Below are positions 59,101 to 64,000 of a stretch of 64,000 bases of DNA, one piece after another. The notes beneath the pieces were generated by a model. The model saw nothing but the letters and a program-made list of their open reading frames with translations. It was not told where the DNA came from and made no database searches. The translations under genes were made by a program, and so were the position numbers. The DNA comes from Caecitellus pseudoparvulus (Eukaryota; Protista; Bigyra: Bicosoecida), in assembly GCA_965644315.1 (NCBI GenBank), contig CBFFRQ010000017.1:62001-126000 (forward strand), in the 5' to 3' direction. The number at the start of each line of letters is the position of its first letter. Within the stretch, counting starts at the first letter, position 1.

Positions 59101-62100
59101 CAAGGACATTTCGGCTGCCATGGGCGGCATGGAAGCCGCCTGGAAGGGCGCCGAAGAGGGCAAGCGCATGCTGCAGAGCATCCTGGCTGCCGACCCCCGC
59201 CTGGCTCGCATGGTGGATGTGTCAGACCTCGTGTCACGGGCGGCGGCCCTACCTGACGCGTGGGGGGCAGTGGCTGTCAGCCTGGAGGCGTTCGACTCCA
59301 TGGTGGAGGAGCAGCGCACGGAGCTGAAGGCGAGCTTGCAGGGTCGCATTGCCGAACATGGGCAAGCCATCGACCGGTTCGCGGCGCGGTGGGCTGAGAT
59401 GCGTCCCGAGGCGCCTGCCGTGTGGGACGCTGCGTCCCTGGGCACCATCTTCGCGACGCTGGACGGGCAGGAGGAGGAGCTGAAGAAGCTTGTGGACACG
59501 GCCGGAGAGCTGGACAAGGGTGCCAGCACCTTCGACCTGCGGGCGCCGGATTGGGGCAAGCTGCAGGCAGTCAAGGAGGACGTGGCTGAGGCAGTGGGTT
59601 CCTGGGCGGTGTACAAGGAGTACGACGCAGCCCGCAGTGCCATCGCCGACGCAGACTGGATCTCCTTCCGCGGAAACGTCTTCGCCTTGACAGATTTCGC
59701 CCAGGAGTGGAGCGAGAAGATGAAGGCTGCGTACCGAGGGGGTGGCTCGGGGGGGTCCGGGCTTACCCCTGTGGAGAACCGCATCCTCACTGAGTGCAAC
59801 GCCATCCTCAGGGCCCAGAACGCCTGGAAGTACGCGCGCGGTGAGCCGTTCAAGGAGGAGCACTGGAAGCAGGTGTTCGCCAAGCTGCGCATGCCTCGTG
59901 GCACGACGCTGGAGACACTGAAGGTGCGGCACTTTCTCGCTGACGACACGCTGGCGGAGCTGGCCTCGGCCGCCACCTGGCTAAAGGAGCTCACCTCCCG
60001 GGCCCTGGGCGAGGTGAGCATTCGGGAAGCCCTCTCTGAGCTGCACGCGTGGATGCAGACAGCCGAGTTCTCCACCATGCAGCACGAGTCAGCAGTGAAC
60101 GGAGCTGTGACTCCCCTGGTCAAGGACTGGCGTGAGCTGTTCACTGCCCTGGGCGACAACATGTCCCTGCTGGGATCTCTCAACCAGTCCCCCTACTTCA
60201 AGCCCTTCGCAGACACGGCGGCGCAGTACGGCAACCGCATGGGGGTGCTGGATGACTGTGCCACCAAGCTCAACTCCATTCAGCGCCGGTGGGTGTACTT
60301 GGAGCCTGTCTTTGGCCGTGGAGCGCTGCCATCCGAGCAACCCCGCTTCCAGCGTGTGCACTCCGACTTCCGGGACATCATGGCACGCATCGCTGCCAGT
60401 CCGCAGGTGTTCAACATCACTGACGAGGCGCTGTTCCCATCCCTCGGCTCCCAGCTGGGTGGCATGCTGGAGCAGTTGGAGCGGTGCCAGAAGGCGCTGT
60501 CTGCCTTCCTTGATGAGAAGCGAGCTGCGATGCCCCGCTTTTACTTTCTGGGTGACGAGGACCTGCTGGAGATCCTGGGGCAAGCCAGCAACCCCAGCGT
60601 CATCCAGGCTCACCTGAAGAAGCTGTTCCAGGGCATCCACAGGGTGGTTCTGGATGGCGGCGCCATCACAGCCATGCGCTCAGTGGCCGGGGAAGAGGTG
60701 CCCATGGTGCAGCCAGTGCCCGTGTCGGACGATGTGACGGCGTGGCTGGGCGCTCTGGTCCGGGGCATGCGAGACACCTTGCGTGAGAGCTTGGTGCAGG
60801 CGGTGGCAGCCGGTCCTTCCCGAGACTTGACCGCCTTCCCCTCTCAGGTGCTGCAGCTGGCCACCAGTGTGGAGTTCACGCGCGACGCGGAGGCCGCCTT
60901 GAGTGCCGGTGGGTCTTCTGCGCTGGAAGATCTCAAGCGACACCTGCAGAGCACCCTCACAGGGCTGGTGTCAGGGGACTCAGCTGGGAACAAGGTGCTG
61001 TCTTTGAAGATCAAGGCCCTTGTGCTGGACCTCGTGCACTACATGGACGTGGTGGACCAGCTGCTTCGCGGCAAGGCCGACGGGCCGGGGCACTGGGTGT
61101 GGCAGAAGCAGCTGCGGTTCTACTTGGAGGGCGGGCAGTGCCTGGCTCGCATGGTGGATGCCACCATGGAGTACACTTACGAGTACCAGGGCAACGCCAG
61201 CAAGCTCGTGCACACGCCGCTGACGGACAAGTGTTTCCTGACGCTGACGCAGGGCATGAAGTACGGGTATGGCGGCAACCCGTATGGTCCAGCCGGCACC
61301 GGCAAGACGGAAAGTGTCAAGGCTCTGGGTGGCGCTTTGGGCCGCCAGACCCTCGTCTTCAACTGCGACGAGGGTATTGACTTCCAGAGCATGGGGCGCA
61401 TTTTCACGGGGCTGGTCAAGTGTGGCGCCTGGGGCTGCTTCGACGAGTTCAACCGCCTCAAGGCCGACCAGCTCTCTGCCGTGTCGCAGCAGATCCAAGT
61501 CATCCAGGCAGCACTGAAGCAAAAAAGCTCCACGCTCAGCCTGCTCGGGCGCACCATTGAAGTGGACACCAACGCTGGCATCTTCGTGACGATGAACCCT
61601 GCCGGCAAGGGGTACGGTGGGCGGTCTAAGCTGCCCGACAACTTGAAGCAGCTGTTCCGCCCCGTAGCCATGTCCCGCCCCGATAACGAGCTCATTGCAG
61701 AGGTCATCCTGTACTCGGAGGGCTTCACTGCAGCCAAGGCCCTGGCTGGCAAAGTTACCAGCCTCTTCACACTGTCCAGTCAGCTGCTGACGCCCCAACA
61801 GCACTACGACTGGGGCTTGCGCGCGCTGAAGGCGTGCCTGAACACGGGCGGCAAGCTCATCACGGCTGCGAAGGTGCGGGGGGAAGTGCTGGACAGCGCC
61901 GCCGAGGGCGAGATCCTCATCCAAGCCGTCCGTGTGAACACGCTGAGCAAGCTCACCTTCGCTGACGCGCAGACGTTCCTGGGCCTAGTGAAGGACGTCT
62001 TCCCTGGTGTGCGCAGCTCTGACGTGCGCAGCGCAGAGCTGGAGGCTGCCATGCGGGAAGTCATGGTGGCGCCGCCCTTCAACTTGATCGTGGACGAGGG

Positions 62101-64000
62101 GCAAATTCGCAAGATGCTGCAGCTGAAGGAGAGCATCGACCAGCGCATGGGCTGCGTGATCGTCGGCCCCTCTGGCTGTGGCAAGTCCACCCTGTGGCGC
62201 GTGCTGAAAGCGGCCATGGAAAAGACCGGCGTGCGCGTGGTGACGCACGTCATGAACCCCAAGGCCATGCCTCGGTCGCAACTGCTGGGCAGCATGGACC
62301 ACGACACGCGGGAGTGGACGGACGGCGTGTTGACTGGCGCTGCCCGCAGCGTCGTGAAGGAGCCAATGGAGACGCGAGCGTGGGTGGTGTGCGACGGCGA
62401 CGTGGACCCGGAGTGGATCGAGAGCCTGAACTCAGTGCTGGATGACAACCACCTCTTGACACTGCCCAACGGAGAGCGCATCTCCTTTGGCTCCAACGTG
62501 AACTTCCTCTTCGAGACGCACGACCTGCAGTTCGCGTCCCCTGCCACCATCTCCCGCATGGGCATGATCTACCTGTCCGATGACGACGTGGACGTGAAGC
62601 GCAACGTGAGCAAGTGGCTGGCAGGGCAGCCAGAGGACCTCCGCCCCGCACAGCAGGCGTGGATGGACGAGATATTCTACGCGTCCCTAGACTGGGCGCA
62701 GTCGCACAAGGCCGAAGGCGCCGAGGTGGTGGAGACCACACTGGTGGGCACTGTGCTGAACGGACTGTCCCAGGTGGCGCAGGCACAGAGCAAGCCCGCC
62801 TTTGCGCTGGGTGTCGTGCGGGGCCTGGGGGGCAACATGGACCCCTCCACGCGGGCTAGCTTCGCCAAGTTCGTCTTTGGCAAGGCAGGCGTCCGGGCGC
62901 CTGACCCCATGTCCCCCCTGAACTGTGCCCTAGCGCCGGGAGGGGAGTCCTTGGTATCCCTGGGCAGCGTCTCTGACGGGGCAGACGTGGACCCCGAGAC
63001 GGGGGCGGTGGTCACCCCCACTGTGCTGCAGGTGTCCCAGGCCCTGCAGCCGTGGGTGAAGGGCATGGTCCCCTTCATCCTCGTCGGCCCAGAAGGCTGC
63101 GGCAAGGCGGTGGTGGTGAAGCACGCCCTGGCCTCCCAGCGGGGCACCACCGTCACCACTCTGCACTGCAACGCAGCCACCCGTCCAGAGCACGTCATCC
63201 AGAAGCTGCGTCAATCCTGTGGACTGTTCACGGCGCCCACGGGGCGTGTGTTCCGACCCCGTGAGGGTGACCGTATGGTGCTGTTCGTGAAGGACATCAA
63301 CCTGCCTCGCCCGGACATGTACGGCACCTGTGCACTCATCGCCTTCCTGCAGCAGCTGCTGACATTCAACGGCTTCTACGACGAAGGCTTGGAGTTCCTC
63401 GGCCTGGAGCGGGTGCACCTGGTCTGCACCATGACGCCAAGCACCACCATGGGCCGCCATGCGCTGTCCCCGCGCTTCACAGCCGCCATGCGCATCGCAG
63501 TGATGGGGTACCCTGGGGACGCCGAGCTGGCCGCCATTTCAGCGGCTGTCCTGCGCTCCACAGTGGGTGCCGAAGTGACTGACCCTGGCTTCACCAGCGC
63601 CGCTGCCTGGACGGCCCTGGGCACCGCCATGGTGGAGGTGTACAAGCAAATGCGCGCCAAGTTCTCCGTGGACGACGCCCGACACTACCAGTTCACGCCC
63701 CGGGACTTGACGGAGTGGGCCACAGGTCTGGGCAGGTACGACCTGGCTGGGGGCGAGTCCGTCATGGATGCCTGGGCGTGGGAGGGCGCGCGGCGGTTCC
63801 GGGACGCCCTCATGACCGCCAAGGACCGACAGACCTTCGATGCCATGCTGGCAGCTGCGGCGCGCACGGCTGGGCGTGGTGGCGGCCCGGGGCTGGCGCA
63901 GGCGGCCTTCACGTCCCTCACCGGCGGCCCTGCCCCCGCAGCGCTGCCTGTGCACGCTCCAGCGCCCGGGCTGCAGCGCGTCAGCATGTCTGACCTGCAG
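56101..64000 (+). CDS. DYNC2H1: Cytoplasmic dynein-2 (IFT) heavy chain, continues beyond window
   Basis: Exon 1 56101-56216, intron 56217-56292, then one long frame missing from the ORF track, presumably because it has no stop in the window. AAA1 GPAGTGKTESVKALGGALGRQTLVFNCDEGID (from 61286), AAA2 GPSGCGKS (62165), AAA3 GPEGCGKA (63086), as in dynein-2. Confidence 0.95.

Noticed and set aside
63086-63109. Degenerate Walker A (GPEGCGKA) in dynein AAA3
   Set aside because: Loss of the conserved Thr/Ser at this site is a known feature of dynein-2 heavy chains.
1783-64000. Three dynein-related genes in one window as a functional cluster
   Set aside because: They belong to different complexes (dynein-1, N-DRC, dynein-2) and are far apart among unrelated genes.
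1-64000. Endogenous virus/virophage, transposon, tRNA/rRNA, CRISPR array or alternative genetic code
   Set aside because: No AT-rich island, terminal repeats, transposase/RT motifs, cloverleaf or repeat-spacer array seen; TAA, TAG and TGA all terminate conserved genes.

Overview
GC-rich, very compact eukaryotic nuclear DNA with about 28 protein-coding genes, about 57 short introns (mostly 60-110 nt GT-AG, donors often GTGCGT or GTGAGT) and the standard genetic code. No rRNA, tRNA, mobile element or CRISPR array was recognised. Gene content (DRC7, dynein-2 heavy chain, dynein-1 intermediate chain, two GH25-type lysozymes, two leishmanolysin-type M8 proteases) suggests a flagellated, bacterivorous protist, possibly a bicosoecid-like stramenopile; that placement is inference only. 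Housekeeping genes: bromodomain protein, RPL26, glycerate kinase, CCT2, ABCD transporter, EFTUD2/Snu114, ASF1, ELP5-like, IBA57, XRCC3, RPF2, p23 and a TFIIF-alpha-like protein. The most unusual items are: (1) an intronless protein with two dsRNA-binding domains and an intact DEDDy 3'-5' exonuclease, a candidate RNA-silencing or antiviral nuclease, whose stop lies 7 nt from a convergent gene; (2) an LRR-hemolysin III/PAQR fusion that has lost the HxxxH zinc ligands; (3) a COG0523 GTPase with a regular three-fold Cys-rich insert in place of the usual His-rich one; (4) an FGE/SUMF protein with a rearranged cysteine active site; (5) a head-to-head lysozyme/metalloprotease pair. All gene models were spliced by eye and all family calls come from recognised motifs, not database searches.
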